From an uncultured Acidobacteriota bacterium (lineage in GTDB: Bacteria > Acidobacteriota > Thermoanaerobaculia > Gp7-AA8), in NCBI GenBank assembly GCA_963822445.1, contig CAWGHO010000003.1, forward strand, positions 1,088,001-1,152,000: a stretch of 64,000 bases of DNA, written 5' to 3'. Positions 36,947 to 46,698 of this stretch are shown here, one piece after another. Below the pieces are notes generated by a model. That model searched no databases. It had not been told where the DNA came from and worked only from the letters and a program-made list of their open reading frames with translations. The translations under genes were made by a program, and so were the position numbers. How positions within the stretch are numbered: the first letter of the stretch is position 1; every line of letters starts with the position of its first letter.

Positions 36947-37933
36947 CTAAACGAAGCTCACCGAGAGTTTCGAGCCTTCCTCGCGATAAATCGTGTCGAC
37001 GAACCGGATCACGTTCGACTTCAGCGACATGAACAGCGAGGAAACGCGGATGCCGCCGCCGAAGAAGCGCACGCCGCGGAGGAGGTCGCCGTCGGTCACG
37101 CCGGTCGCGACGAAGATGATGTCGTTGCCCGCCGCGAGCTCCGCGGTGTCGTAAACGCTGGTCATCGTCCTTGAAGCCCATGGCCTTGAGGCGGTCTTCC
37201 TGCCACTTCTCCAGGGGCTTGAGCTTTCCCTGCATGCGGCCGCCGAGGCAGCGCATGGCTGCGGCGGTGAGGACGCCTTCCGGCGCGCCGCCGATGCCCA
37301 TCGCCGCGTGCACGCCCGTGCCGCGAACGGCGGCGGCGATGCCGGCGGAGAGATCGCCGTCCGTGATCAGCTTGATGCGCGCGCCGGCCTCGCGGATCTG
37401 GGCGATGAGGTCGTGGTGGCGCTCGCGGTCGAGGACCACGATGGTCAGCTCGTCGACGTCGCGCTGGAAGGCCTCGGCCATCTTGTTGCAGGTTCTCTTC
37501 GACCGAGGCGTTGAGGCTGACGAAGTCGGCGGCGGTGGGGCCGACCACGATCTTGTCCATGTAGATGTCGGGCGCGTTGAGCAGGCCGCCCTTCTCCGAT
37601 GCGGCGATGATGGCGATCGAGTTCGCGCGAGCCGGTCGCGCAGAGGTTCGTCCCTTCCAGCGGATCGACGGCGATGTCGACCTCGGGGTAGATCTCGCCT
37701 TCCGTCCAGCCGCGGCCGAGCGGCTCGCCGACGTAGAGCATGGGAGCCTTGTCGCGCTCACCCTCGCCGATGACGACGGAGCCGCGCATCTTGAGCTTGT
37801 TCAGCTCCTCGCGCATGGCCTCGACCGCTACCTGATCGGAGTATTTGCGCTTGCCGTAACCCATCGTGCGCGCCGCGGCGATGGCCGCCTTTTCAGCCGC
37901 GCGCAGAAAACCGACTTCGAGACTCGATTCCAT
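36947..37933 (-). pseudogene. glpX: Class II fructose-1,6-bisphosphatase with three apparent frameshifts (pseudogene or assembly error)
   Basis: [35 protein letters not shown] and ATGVTDG are spread over four successive ORF segments. Confidence 0.88.
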
Positions 37934-37976
37934 GTTGCTCCGTTCTTTTTCCGGGGGTGTTTTTGCGGCGTGAACT

Positions 37977-38777
37977 CTAGCAGATCGCTCGCACGATCTC
38001 CGCGCCGATCGCGGCGACGCGGCCGTCCTCGTCGCACGACGGATCGAACGATGCCAGCTCCAGCGCGACGATCGTGAAGCGCCGCCTGGCGATCTCGATC
38101 ACTCGCAGAATGTCCTCCGGCGACAGCCCTCCGTCGGCGGCGTACTCGTTCGCGCGGCCGTGGCGGGGATCGAGGACGTCGAGGTCGACGTGCACGAGCA
38201 GGCGATCGGCTTCGAGCTGCATCGCGCTCAGCCAGCGATCGAGGTTCGGCTCGGTGAGGGTCTCGGGCTCGAGCAATGGAACGGCGTTGGCCATCAGCTC
38301 GTCGCGCTCGCCGGGGCTGTAGTCGCGCGAGCCGATGAGCATCGTCCGCGACGGCGGCAGGGGACGAAACCAGGGGATCGACGCGGCCATCGATTTCCAG
38401 CACCGGCCGGTGAGGATCGAGAGAGGCATGCCGTCCAGGAAGCCGCTGGTGGTCGTCTCCGGCGTCATGAACTCGCCGTGCGCATCGAACCAGATCACGG
38501 CCAGCTTCTCCGTTCCGAGTCCCGCGGCGAGACCGTTGATCGCGCCGCAGTTGCCGGAGAAGACGACCGGGAAATCGCCCGCAGCGACGCACTCGTGAAC
38601 GGCGTTGGCGAGCTTCGCGTAGAGCTCGAAGGCGGTGCCGATTTCCTTCGTGAACGGGGAGTCGGATTCGATGGACTCAGGCTCGATGCCGAGGACCTCG
38701 GCGAGCCGGAGCGGGCCGGCGCCCATGCGGGCTCCGCGATGGCCGGAGTCGTACGGGACGGTGAAGTAGCGAATCAT
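37977..38777 (-). CDS. Arginase family protein
   Basis: SGNC, DAHGE..TP.TT.SG...[10 protein letters not shown]. Confidence 0.88.
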   Translation of the reverse strand: MIRYFTVPYDSGHRGARMGAGPLRLAEVLGIEPESIESDSPFTKEIGTAFELYAKLANAVHECVAAGDFPVVFSGNCGAINGLAAGLGTEKLAVIWFDAHGEFMTPETTTSGFLDGMPLSILTGRCWKSMAASIPWFRPLPPSRTMLIGSRDYSPGERDELMANAVPLLEPETLTEPNLDRWLSAMQLEADRLLVHVDLDVLDPRHGRANEYAADGGLSPEDILRVIEIARRRFTIVALELASFDPSCDEDGRVAAIGAEIVRAIC

Positions 38778-38932
38778 TTGGTCGGGGCCTCGGAAATCGG
38801 CACGCTGCATGCCACGGACAAGAGTGGCAACGGGGTCATCTTACAGCCGCCAAAAAACGCGGTAGACTCCGCCGGACAACGGGCCGGGAGCCATGATGTG
38901 GCACGCGCCGCCCGCATAGGAGAAAGGAAAGC

Positions 38933-39391
38933 ATGGCTTCCAAAGTTTTCGTGGGGAATCTGAATTTCAAGACTACGCGTGAGGAGGTCGAATCGCTTTT
39001 CACGCAAGTCGGCAAACCGCGCGACGTGTTTCTCCCGACCGAGCGCGAGACGGGCCGCCCGCGCGGCTTCGCTTTCGTCGAGTTCGAGACGGAAGAGGAA
39101 GCCAAGGCCGCCATCGAGCGCTTCAACGGATACGAGATGGGCGGCCGTGCACTGCGTGTGAACCTCGCTGAAGACCGTCCTCGTGGCGGTGGTGGCGGCG
39201 GCGGACGCGGATTCGGCGGCGGCGGTGGTGGTGGCTACGGCGGCGGCGGTTACGGCGGCGGCGGTGGCGGCTACGACAAGGACAGCGGTGGCGGCGGCGA
39301 CTGGGGCGGCGGCGGTGGTGGCTATGGCGGCGGTGGCGGCAAGAGCAAGGGCAGCCGCCGGAACATCCGCGCCAAGAAGCGCGCCCTCTAA
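38933..39391 (+). CDS. RRM RNA-binding protein with Gly-rich tail
   Basis: RNP2 VFVGNL, RNP1 RGFAFVEF; AAGGA RBS. Confidence 0.93.
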   Translation: MASKVFVGNLNFKTTREEVESLFTQVGKPRDVFLPTERETGRPRGFAFVEFETEEEAKAAIERFNGYEMGGRALRVNLAEDRPRGGGGGGGRGFGGGGGGGYGGGGYGGGGGGYDKDSGGGGDWGGGGGGYGGGGGKSKGSRRNIRAKKRAL

Positions 39392-39409
39392 CTCAAATCG
39401 ACGAAACGT

Positions 39410-41113
39410 TTACTGAGCGGCGGCGAAAGCTGCCGCTCTTTTTGTTTCGGTGACTACCGGCGCATCCATCGGCGGAAGCGTCCATCCTTCCAGCCACCCG
39501 CCCACGCTCGAGGGAATCAGCAGTCGATTGCGCTTGCGATCGAAGGCGATGCCGGACGGTGTCGCGGATTGCGCGAACAGCGGTTTGAGCTCCCCGGTCG
39601 TCCCTACATGCAGCGCGTCGTCGTGGCGACTGCCCACGATCACCGTGCCGTTCGGCAGCACGGTCAGGCCGTCGAAGTCGCCCGGTCCGCGCAGCACGGC
39701 CTTGACGTGATGGCCCGGTTGCCAGGCCACGATCTCGTTCCCGTACGCCTGGGCGACGAGGAAGCGCGTGCCGTCCCAGGCGATGCCGGTGGGGGAGTGC
39801 AGCTCCTCGCCGTGAATCGCGACCTCGACGTCGCCGTCGCGCTGGATCCTGAAAATGCGGCCATGCCCTTCGCGGACGCGCTCGCGGTTGCCTTTGATGC
39901 GGACGTCGCTGTCGGTGACGTAGACCGCGTCGTCGATTCCCGTGGCGATGTCGTTGAGGAACACCGCGCCGTGGGGAGCGAGATCGATCGTGCGGATGTC
40001 GCGGCCGGTCACGCGATCGAAGACGCGAACCACCGTCGCGTCGGCGACCCACAATTCACTGCCGTTGATGGCCATGCCGTTCGGCGCGTTCAGATCCTTG
40101 ATGAACTCGCGATTCAGCACGCGGCCGTCGGGGGAGACGCGGGCGATGAACCCTTTGCCGGACACGAGGTAGATGTCCTGCGCTTCATCGTGCACGACCG
40201 CTTCCGCACCGAGAAGATCGTGCGTCTCGAAGACTTTCGCCAGAATCGCGCGCGTCAGTTCCGATGAGCCGCTGGACGTCATCGCCATCGGCGTCGATGT
40301 GAGCCGGTAGATCGATCCGCGCTCGTCGGCGACGAACATGCGTGAGAAGCCCGTGAGTGTCGCTCCATCGACGGTGGCGACGGTTTCCACCGCGCCCGGT
40401 TTGCCGTCATCGAAGCGGATCTGCACGACCGAGTCGCGCGCCACACCGAACGCCAGCGATCCGCTCTCGTCGAAGCTCAGAGCGGACGGCGCGTTCTTCG
40501 CGACGGCCGGCTCGTTCTCGTAGTTGAGACCATCGCCGATGCGATTGAGCTCCTCGCCATCCGCGGCCCAGAGCTCGCCGGTCTGCGGATGCCAGGACAA
40601 ACCGCGAAGGTCGCGCAAACCGCGCGCGTGAATGCGGCGGCCCGCGCCACTCGCATCGAGTTGCAGCAGCGTTCCGTGCTCTCCGACACCGATGTAGAGC
40701 TTTCCGTCCGGTCCGACACTGATGATGCGGCGCGGATTCGTTCCGGAGTCGGGCAGGTCATTCAACACCGCGCGCGCCGCGCCGAATGAACCATCGGGCA
40801 AACGATCGGCGGCGACGATCTGCCTGGTGCCAGCGACGAACAGCGTCCGCCCGCGCATCGCCAATCCATGAGCGCCTTCGATGGAGGAGACCGCGGTTCG
40901 AATCTCGTCAGCCTGTCCATCGCCGTCACGATCGCGAAGGGAGATGACGTCGAACATCGTCGGCCGGCTGACCAGCACCGTTCCGTCTTCGAGAACGAGA
41001 ATCGCGCGCGCTTCGCCGAGGTCGCGCGCGAACGGCGCGACGTGAAGCGGCTCGGCGGAGAGATTGGTGGTTGCGAGAAGGATGAGTACTGCCAGCGATT
41101 GCCGCATCGTCAC
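39410..41113 (-). CDS. Secreted double beta-propeller: sorbosone/PQQ-sugar dehydrogenase-like + SMP-30/gluconolactonase-like
   Basis: Signal peptide; DRDGDGQAD, GPDGKLY, ARGLR; FLNDI, PNG, DGL. Confidence 0.7.
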   Translation of the reverse strand: MTMRQSLAVLILLATTNLSAEPLHVAPFARDLGEARAILVLEDGTVLVSRPTMFDVISLRDRDGDGQADEIRTAVSSIEGAHGLAMRGRTLFVAGTRQIVAADRLPDGSFGAARAVLNDLPDSGTNPRRIISVGPDGKLYIGVGEHGTLLQLDASGAGRRIHARGLRDLRGLSWHPQTGELWAADGEELNRIGDGLNYENEPAVAKNAPSALSFDESGSLAFGVARDSVVQIRFDDGKPGAVETVATVDGATLTGFSRMFVADERGSIYRLTSTPMAMTSSGSSELTRAILAKVFETHDLLGAEAVVHDEAQDIYLVSGKGFIARVSPDGRVLNREFIKDLNAPNGMAINGSELWVADATVVRVFDRVTGRDIRTIDLAPHGAVFLNDIATGIDDAVYVTDSDVRIKGNRERVREGHGRIFRIQRDGDVEVAIHGEELHSPTGIAWDGTRFLVAQAYGNEIVAWQPGHHVKAVLRGPGDFDGLTVLPNGTVIVGSRHDDALHVGTTGELKPLFAQSATPSGIAFDRKRNRLLIPSSVGGWLEGWTLPPMDAPVVTETKRAAAFAAAQ

Positions 41114-41724
41114 CGCGAATAGAACTCGACGATGAGACGGTCATCGACGGGGATGGGGATTTCCTCCCGGTCGGGGACTTTCACCAGGCGACCCGTCATG
41201 GTGTCGCGGTCGAGCTCGAGGTAAGCCGGCGGAAGGATGCCGCCGCGCTCGGCCCATACGGCCATCTGGCGACTGCGCTTCATCCGCTCGGTGAGTGTGA
41301 TCGTTTGGCCGGGCCGTACTTCGTATGACGGAATGTCGACCCGTTTGCCGTTGACCAGCACGTGCCCATGCGCGACGAGCTGCCGCGCCGCCCAGATGGT
41401 TGGGGCGAGGCCGAGGCGCGCGACGACTGCGTCGAGGCGCTGCTCGAGGATCTGCAGGAGATTCGTACCGGTCGGTCCCTGCCGCCGTGTAGCTTCGGCG
41501 ACATAGCGGCGCATCTGCCGCTCCGCGATGCCGTAGAACGCGCGCAGCTTCTGTTTCTCATTGAGCCGCGAGCCATACGCGCCGATCTTGCCGCGCCGCG
41601 CCCGCGCACCATGCTGTCCGGGCGGGTTCGGCCGCTTTTCGAGGATGCGCGCGTACTTCGGCGATGAGGCCAGCAGCACCCCGAACCGGCGCATGACTTT
41701 CGCCTTCGGTCCTCGGTATCGCAT
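41110..41724 (-). CDS. rpsD: 30S ribosomal protein S4 (no zinc-binding cysteines)
   Basis: RY.GP, PPGQHG, L.EKQK, LEQRLD, ARQLV.HGH, IVEFYSR. Confidence 0.95.
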   Translation of the reverse strand: MRYRGPKAKVMRRFGVLLASSPKYARILEKRPNPPGQHGARARRGKIGAYGSRLNEKQKLRAFYGIAERQMRRYVAEATRRQGPTGTNLLQILEQRLDAVVARLGLAPTIWAARQLVAHGHVLVNGKRVDIPSYEVRPGQTITLTERMKRSRQMAVWAERGGILPPAYLELDRDTMTGRLVKVPDREEIPIPVDDRLIVEFYSR

Positions 41725-41765
41725 TGACCCGAATAGTGCGAAGGGTGTGCCGGGGGAGGGGGCAG

Positions 41766-41838
41766 AAGGCGCAAAGGCTCAAGGGCGCAAAGGCTCAAAG
41801 GTCTGACAACTTCCTTGAGCCTTTGAGCCTTTGAGCCT
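41766..41838. repeat. Tandem 8-mer hairpin (AGGCTCAA / TTGAGCCT)
   Basis: aaggcgcaaaggctcaagggcgcaaaggctcaaagg ... ccttgagcctttgagcctttgagcct. Confidence 0.85.
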
Positions 41839-42058
41839 ACGGCTTCCTCAGCGGGTCCTTCCTTCGATCCGCGGGGTCGCCTTCCTCCCAGAGAAAGTCG
41901 CGGTCTTCGACGTCGAACGCGTCCTCCGTATCGGAGCGGTAGCCGGTGGGCGGGCGGTCGTCGCGGCCGCCGAGGGGGATGCCGCGGCCTTCGCCGCCGT
42001 CCACCGTTCCTTCGGTGGAGTCGTCGTCTGTGGCGGGCTTCTTCTTTCGTCCGGACAT
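41837..42058 (-). CDS. Small acidic, probably disordered protein
   Basis: 73-aa D/E/G-rich ORF downstream of the XRE gene. Confidence 0.45.
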   Translation of the reverse strand: MSGRKKKPATDDDSTEGTVDGGEGRGIPLGGRDDRPPTGYRSDTEDAFDVEDRDFLWEEGDPADRRKDPLRKP

Positions 42059-42084
42059 GGACAGAAATCAGTGCAAAACGTGCG

Positions 42085-42495
42085 CTAGCGCGGCTTTTTG
42101 ACCTTGAGCCGGACGGCCTCGAGCTCTTCGCGCAGGAAGTCGATCTGCGCGAGCAGCTCGTCCACCTGCTGGCCCATGGTGTTCGCGTTTCGGCTGCGCG
42201 ACCGTTGCGTGCGGCGCTCCGTCGCCAGATCCCGCCAGAGCTCGGCCCGTTTTCGCGTGTCCAGGCTGGCGATGCGATGGGCGAGCGGATCGGGTCCGGC
42301 ACTCTCCGAGCCGAGGATGTCGCTGGCCTCGACTCCGAGGATGCGCGACAGCACGACCAGCAGGGCGACGTCGATCGATTGCTTGTCCGTCTCGATGCGG
42401 GACAGCGTGGCGACGCTGATCTTGGCCTTGCCTGCGACTTCGGCCAGCGACCGCCCCTGCGACTGCCTTACTTCGCGAATCTTCTCTCCGACCAT
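42085..42495 (-). CDS. XRE-family helix-turn-helix regulator
   Basis: IREVR..G.SLAEVA..ISVATLSRIE. Confidence 0.88.
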   Translation of the reverse strand: MVGEKIREVRQSQGRSLAEVAGKAKISVATLSRIETDKQSIDVALLVVLSRILGVEASDILGSESAGPDPLAHRIASLDTRKRAELWRDLATERRTQRSRSRNANTMGQQVDELLAQIDFLREELEAVRLKVKKPR

Positions 42496-42756
42496 TGAGC
42501 CATCCTAAGCGAATCCTGCAACGACTTCGCTCTCTCCATTACTTTCCGTGCAAACGGCCGGCCGCGCTCAGAATTGCGGCTGACGCAAATATGTGCACGA
42601 ATGTTGCAACTTGCGGGAACCGGCCGATTCGAGCGAGCGAGGCATCCGGGCCGCCGAGCTGAGCGTACCGGCCAACGTTCTGATACCGGCGATCGACGCA
42701 ATCCGCAGGCGTCGGTCGCCGGGTTTTTTGGCCCGGTTGTTGCGGCCGCGCCCGCC

Positions 42757-43614
42757 ATGGCCGCCGCCATCAGTCACGCCGAGTCTCTCCGCGAATACGG
42801 GCGCGGCCTCGCCGGCGGTCTGATCTTCAGCCTTCCTCTTCTCTACACGATGGAGATGTGGGCGGTCGGGTCGCTCGTCCGTCCGGAACGCCTCCTCGCC
42901 TATCTCGTTTTCGTCTTCCTGCTGCTGCTCGGCTACAACCGCTACGCCGGCCTGCGTCATGACGCGGGCTGGGCCGAAGTCGCCATCGATTCGGTCGAAG
43001 AGCTGGGCCTGGGAGTCATCACCTCGGCGGCCCTGCTCTTTCTGATCGGGCGCATCGGGCCGGAGTCCACCTTCGCCGAAGCGTTCGGCCGGATCATCAC
43101 CGAAGCGGGCGTGGTCGCCATCGGCTTCTCGATCGGCACCGCGCAACTCGGGGCCGAGGACGAAGGGGAGTCGGGGATGGGCGGCGCGCAACGCCGCGGG
43201 AAAAACGAGCACGAAACGGTGCACTTCGGCGGTCAGCTGGTGATCACCTTGTGCGGCGCGGTGCTGTTCGCGGCGAATGTCGCGCCGACCGAGGAGATCC
43301 TGATCATCGCCATCGAGACCCCTCCCGCGCGGCTGCTCGGTGTGGCCGCGCTTTCGTTGCTGATCGGCGCGCTGATCCTGTACTTCACGAACTTCGCGAG
43401 CGCATCCCGCTACTCACCGACCGAGACGCACGGCCAGGCCATTCGCGGCACGATCGTCACCTACGCGCTGGCGCTGGTCGCCTCGGCGTTCATCCTCTGG
43501 TTTTTCGGACGCTTCGACGATCAGGGCCTCGAGGTCTGCATCGGCCAGATCATCGTCCTCGGTCTGCCATCAACGCTCGGCGCATCCGCGGGAAGGCTTC
43601 TGCTGCAAGCATGA
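42757..43614 (+). CDS. TIGR02587 family membrane protein
   Basis: LPLLYTMEMW, N.APTEEI, LGA.AGRL. Confidence 0.85.
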   Translation: MAAAISHAESLREYGRGLAGGLIFSLPLLYTMEMWAVGSLVRPERLLAYLVFVFLLLLGYNRYAGLRHDAGWAEVAIDSVEELGLGVITSAALLFLIGRIGPESTFAEAFGRIITEAGVVAIGFSIGTAQLGAEDEGESGMGGAQRRGKNEHETVHFGGQLVITLCGAVLFAANVAPTEEILIIAIETPPARLLGVAALSLLIGALILYFTNFASASRYSPTETHGQAIRGTIVTYALALVASAFILWFFGRFDDQGLEVCIGQIIVLGLPSTLGASAGRLLLQA

Positions 43615-43994
43615 AAAAACACGAGAAGAACGCCGTGGAGTGGAGCGTGTTCGCGGTCAGCGCAGTCATCGTCGCGCTGGCGGTCGGATATCTGGCGATG
43701 GCAGCGATTCGCTCAAAGAAGGTCGCTCCCGATCTGCGGATTACGACCGGGTCGGCGTCGGCGACGAGCGCCGGTCATCGCGTCGAAGTGAAGGTGCGGA
43801 ACGCGGGTGACACGAGCGCGGAGCAGGTGCGGATCGAAGTGAGCTTGCGGCGCGGCGAGGAAGAGGTCGAGAGCGCGGAGCTCGACATCATTTACGTTCC
43901 GCGAAAATCGGAGCGCACCGGCTGGGTCACCTTCCGCAACGATCCCCGCTGCTGCTCGATCGCCACGCGGGCCATGAGCTACGACACGCCCTGA
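43611..43994 (+). CDS. TIGR02588 family protein
   Basis: EW..F..S, V.N.G..AE.V, F..DP; ATGA overlap with the upstream gene. Confidence 0.8.
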   Translation: MKKHEKNAVEWSVFAVSAVIVALAVGYLAMAAIRSKKVAPDLRITTGSASATSAGHRVEVKVRNAGDTSAEQVRIEVSLRRGEEEVESAELDIIYVPRKSERTGWVTFRNDPRCCSIATRAMSYDTP

Positions 43995-44034
43995 AAAAAA
44001 AACTGCCGGACACCGGCTGTGGTGAGTGTCCCGG
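43994..44034 (-). terminator. Rho-independent terminator (minus strand)
   Basis: Imperfect stem ccgggacac...gtgtccgg followed by T9 on the minus strand. Confidence 0.6.
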
Positions 44035-44122
44035 AAGGAGCTTCCGAGTCCACATCCGGCGTCCGGCCACCCTCTCCCCACCTCTAGCGAGAGGGATGCT
44101 CCGGAATCGTGTTACCGACTGC

Positions 44123-44191
44123 TCAGCCTCCAGGGACGGACAAACGGTGATCCAGTACAACCAGTACGACCAGGATGATGACCGTTTCCAC
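44123..44191 (-). CDS. Putative 22-aa hydrophobic peptide METVIILVVLVVLDHRLSVPGG
   Basis: AAGGGAGGGG RBS directly before GTG; too short for the ORF track; terminator downstream. Confidence 0.5.
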   Translation of the reverse strand: METVIILVVLVVLDHRLSVPGG

Positions 44192-44267
44192 GTACCCCTC
44201 CCTTCTGCCCCGCTTGGGCGGACGAATGGAGGGCCCTCAGTAAGGAGTGTCGTGAGTCGGGAAAACC

Positions 44268-45620
44268 TTAGTTCAGCGTGGGGGGCACGAATGGCGTGCC
44301 GTGCTGGTCGGGGTGGGATTCGAGGTATTCGCGGACGTGGCGGACGAGCTGCGGCGTGACCGCGCCCGTGGCAAATGCTTCCTGCAGAAACGCGAGTGCG
44401 GTCAGCGCGTTGCCGGTCATTCCGACGGCGGTGAAGTTGCCGACCAGCCCTGAGCAAAGGTCGGCCGCTTCCGTCGCACCGGCGACGGTGCCGGCGGCAA
44501 GGAGGACTTCCGCGATGTCGAGCGTTACCAACGCCGCGTCGGTTCGCGCGCCGAGCTCCTCGAATTCGCGGCGGGCCTCGCGCAGGCGCGCCAGCCCCTC
44601 GGCCGTATCGCCCGCGGCAATGCGCAGGCAGCCGATGTTCCAGCGCGTGCGAATCCGCTCGGTCTCCAGGCCGAGGGCCTCGTAGAGCGACAGGGCGCGG
44701 GTGAAGTACGAGTCGGCGGAGGAGAGCTCGTTGAGGCGGAGCTGGCAGTTGGCGATGTTGAGGTAGAGCCGCGCCAGCGACGCGGCATCGCCGAGACGCT
44801 TGGCGACGTCGAGCAGAGACAGGAAGAGCTCGCGCGCTTCGCGGAAGCGGCTGTGATCGAAGAGGATCGCTCCCTCGAGGATCTTCGCGTGCACGTAACG
44901 CTCGTCTTCACCAAATTGCCGGAAGACGCGCGCGCTCTTTCGCGCGAGACGCACCGCGTCCTCGAGCTTTCCCGTCTCCAGGAAAATGACGGCGCGCGAG
45001 TACTCGACGATCGCCGTCCAGTACACAGCCACCGGCGAAGCGGAGTACGCGCGCTCGGCGATGTCGAGAGCATCGAGCGCTTCCGGATGGCGGCCGAGGT
45101 AGCGGAGCACGTTGGCGCGCTCGAGCCAGGAATCGCCGCGCATCTCGTCGATCAAAGGCTGTGGATAGCGCTGACTCCCGAGCTGATCGGCGATGGCGAT
45201 GGCCGCGTCGGCGACGACCAGCGCGTGCATCGGCTGCCGCTCGCGAAGCGATCGCGATTCAGCGCACAGACGCCGCACTACGCCGGCGGTGTGCATGGCT
45301 GGAATCGAGCCGACGTTCGCGCGACGGAAGGAGACCGGACTGGCCACGAGCGGTCCGAGGAGATCCGCGGCATCGGCGTCTTCTTTCGCCAGCATTTCGG
45401 CCAGCACGCGGATGGCCTCGGGCGGATTCGCCGAAACCGCGCCGGCCAGTTCCCAAAGCGACTCCGCGGAAAGCGCGGCGTCGAACGCGCGCAGCTCGTT
45501 GAGCAGCGCGCGACATTGCCCACAGGCTGAAACGTGCGCCTCGAGCGCATCGCGTGCGGGGAAGGTTTCAGGATCGTCGAGGTAATCCTGGAGAGCGGTC
45601 TCGTCGTAGTGACCGCTCAC
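44268..45620 (-). CDS. Zinc-finger (ZAS-type) anti-sigma domain + TPR protein, soluble
   Basis: H...L..YLD...HVSACGQC at the N-terminus, then TPR-like helices; no TM segment. Confidence 0.75.
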   Translation of the reverse strand: MSGHYDETALQDYLDDPETFPARDALEAHVSACGQCRALLNELRAFDAALSAESLWELAGAVSANPPEAIRVLAEMLAKEDADAADLLGPLVASPVSFRRANVGSIPAMHTAGVVRRLCAESRSLRERQPMHALVVADAAIAIADQLGSQRYPQPLIDEMRGDSWLERANVLRYLGRHPEALDALDIAERAYSASPVAVYWTAIVEYSRAVIFLETGKLEDAVRLARKSARVFRQFGEDERYVHAKILEGAILFDHSRFREARELFLSLLDVAKRLGDAASLARLYLNIANCQLRLNELSSADSYFTRALSLYEALGLETERIRTRWNIGCLRIAAGDTAEGLARLREARREFEELGARTDAALVTLDIAEVLLAAGTVAGATEAADLCSGLVGNFTAVGMTGNALTALAFLQEAFATGAVTPQLVRHVREYLESHPDQHGTPFVPPTLN

Positions 45621-46159
45621 GGTTTGTTCTCCTTCAGCGCGGCATAGGCCTCGCGTACCCGCTTGCGACAGCCATGCAGAAGTTGGAGAACGTATCCCGT
45701 GGTCGTGCCGAGGCGCTCAGCCATCTCGGCCGCCGAATATCCCTCGGCGTAGAACATGTGCAGCGTCTCACGGCACTTTGGATCGAGCTGACTCAAGGCC
45801 ATCGCCATCGTAACCCGGTCGACGATGCGACCTTCCAGGCCGGAAGAGTCAGGATGTACGTACTCGGCGAGGTCATCCGGAAACTGACAGGTGCGTGCTG
45901 CCGCGCGCCAGTACGCGCGGCTTGCGTGGCACACCGCGCCGACCAGCCATTTGCGCGCGTCGCGCACGGAGTCGTGCCGCGTCAGATAGGAAGTGAAGAC
46001 CTCGTTGACGATGGCCTCGGCATCGCAGGGCGGAATGTTGAACTTCTTTTCCGCGATGGCGCGAAGGCGCGAGGCATGGCCGTTGTACGCGTCTTCGACG
46101 CGTCCCGTGTGACGACCTGGCTTGTTAGCCGGCGAATCATCGTCGCCGGGCGGACCCAT
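45617..46159 (-). CDS. ECF RNA polymerase sigma factor
   Basis: DAEAIVNEVF, WL.GA, region 4 FY.EGYS..E.A..LG; 4-nt overlap with the TPR gene. Confidence 0.85.
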   Translation of the reverse strand: MGPPGDDDSPANKPGRHTGRVEDAYNGHASRLRAIAEKKFNIPPCDAEAIVNEVFTSYLTRHDSVRDARKWLVGAVCHASRAYWRAAARTCQFPDDLAEYVHPDSSGLEGRIVDRVTMAMALSQLDPKCRETLHMFYAEGYSAAEMAERLGTTTGYVLQLLHGCRKRVREAYAALKENKP

Positions 46160-46203
46160 GCCGGCAGTATATTCGCGGGCCGGGAGATCACAGGAGGAAT
46201 TGC

Positions 46204-46698
46204 ATGTCGCTGGTCAGCGCCATTCTTGGAGAGCTGGAACAGGAATCACGGACGACGAGGAAAGTACTAGAGCGCGTTCCGGACGACAAACTGGGCTGGG
46301 CGCCGCATCCGCGGTCGATGACGCTGGGCCGGCTGGCGTCGCATATCGCCATGGTCCCGTCGCGTGTATTGCTCTGGCTGCGTGCAGGCGAGTTCGATCT
46401 CGTGAATGCCGGCCCGGCGCCGGGACTGGACCAGACGGCGTTGATCGTCGCCGCGTTCGAGAAGAACCTCCAGGAGATTCGCGAGCACCTCGTTTCGATC
46501 GATGACTCCGTGCTCAAGGAGCCGTTCACGCTCAAGAAAGAGGGAAACACGGTCGCCTCGCTGACGAAGATCGGCATCGTGCGCTCGGTCCTCCTCAATC
46601 ACACCTACCACCACCGCGGACAGCTGTCCGTTTACCTGCGATTGCTCGATGTCCCGCTGCCGGCGATGTACGGACCGTCAGCCGACGAGCAGATGTGA
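46204..46698 (+). CDS. DinB family protein
   Basis: W.PH..S..LG.LA.H, NH.YHHRGQL.VYLR, YGPSAD. Confidence 0.9.
   Translation: MSLVSAILGELEQESRTTRKVLERVPDDKLGWAPHPRSMTLGRLASHIAMVPSRVLLWLRAGEFDLVNAGPAPGLDQTALIVAAFEKNLQEIREHLVSIDDSVLKEPFTLKKEGNTVASLTKIGIVRSVLLNHTYHHRGQLSVYLRLLDVPLPAMYGPSADEQM

Noticed and set aside
37160-37640. Programmed frameshifting in glpX
   Set aside because: No slippery heptamers or homopolymer runs at the three junctions; three programmed shifts in one gene are implausible.
39184-39340. (GGC/GGT)n low-complexity tract
   Set aside because: Encodes the ordinary Gly-rich tail of the RRM protein.
41837-42058. Pup/UBact-like modifier for the PafA-like enzyme
   Set aside because: Acidic and disordered, but ends LRKP rather than GGE/GGQ and is 24 kb away.
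44123-44191. ilv-type attenuator leader (I/L/V-rich peptide followed by a terminator)
   Set aside because: No same-strand gene lies beyond the terminator (the next gene is convergent), so there is nothing to attenuate; kept as a stand-alone peptide candidate.
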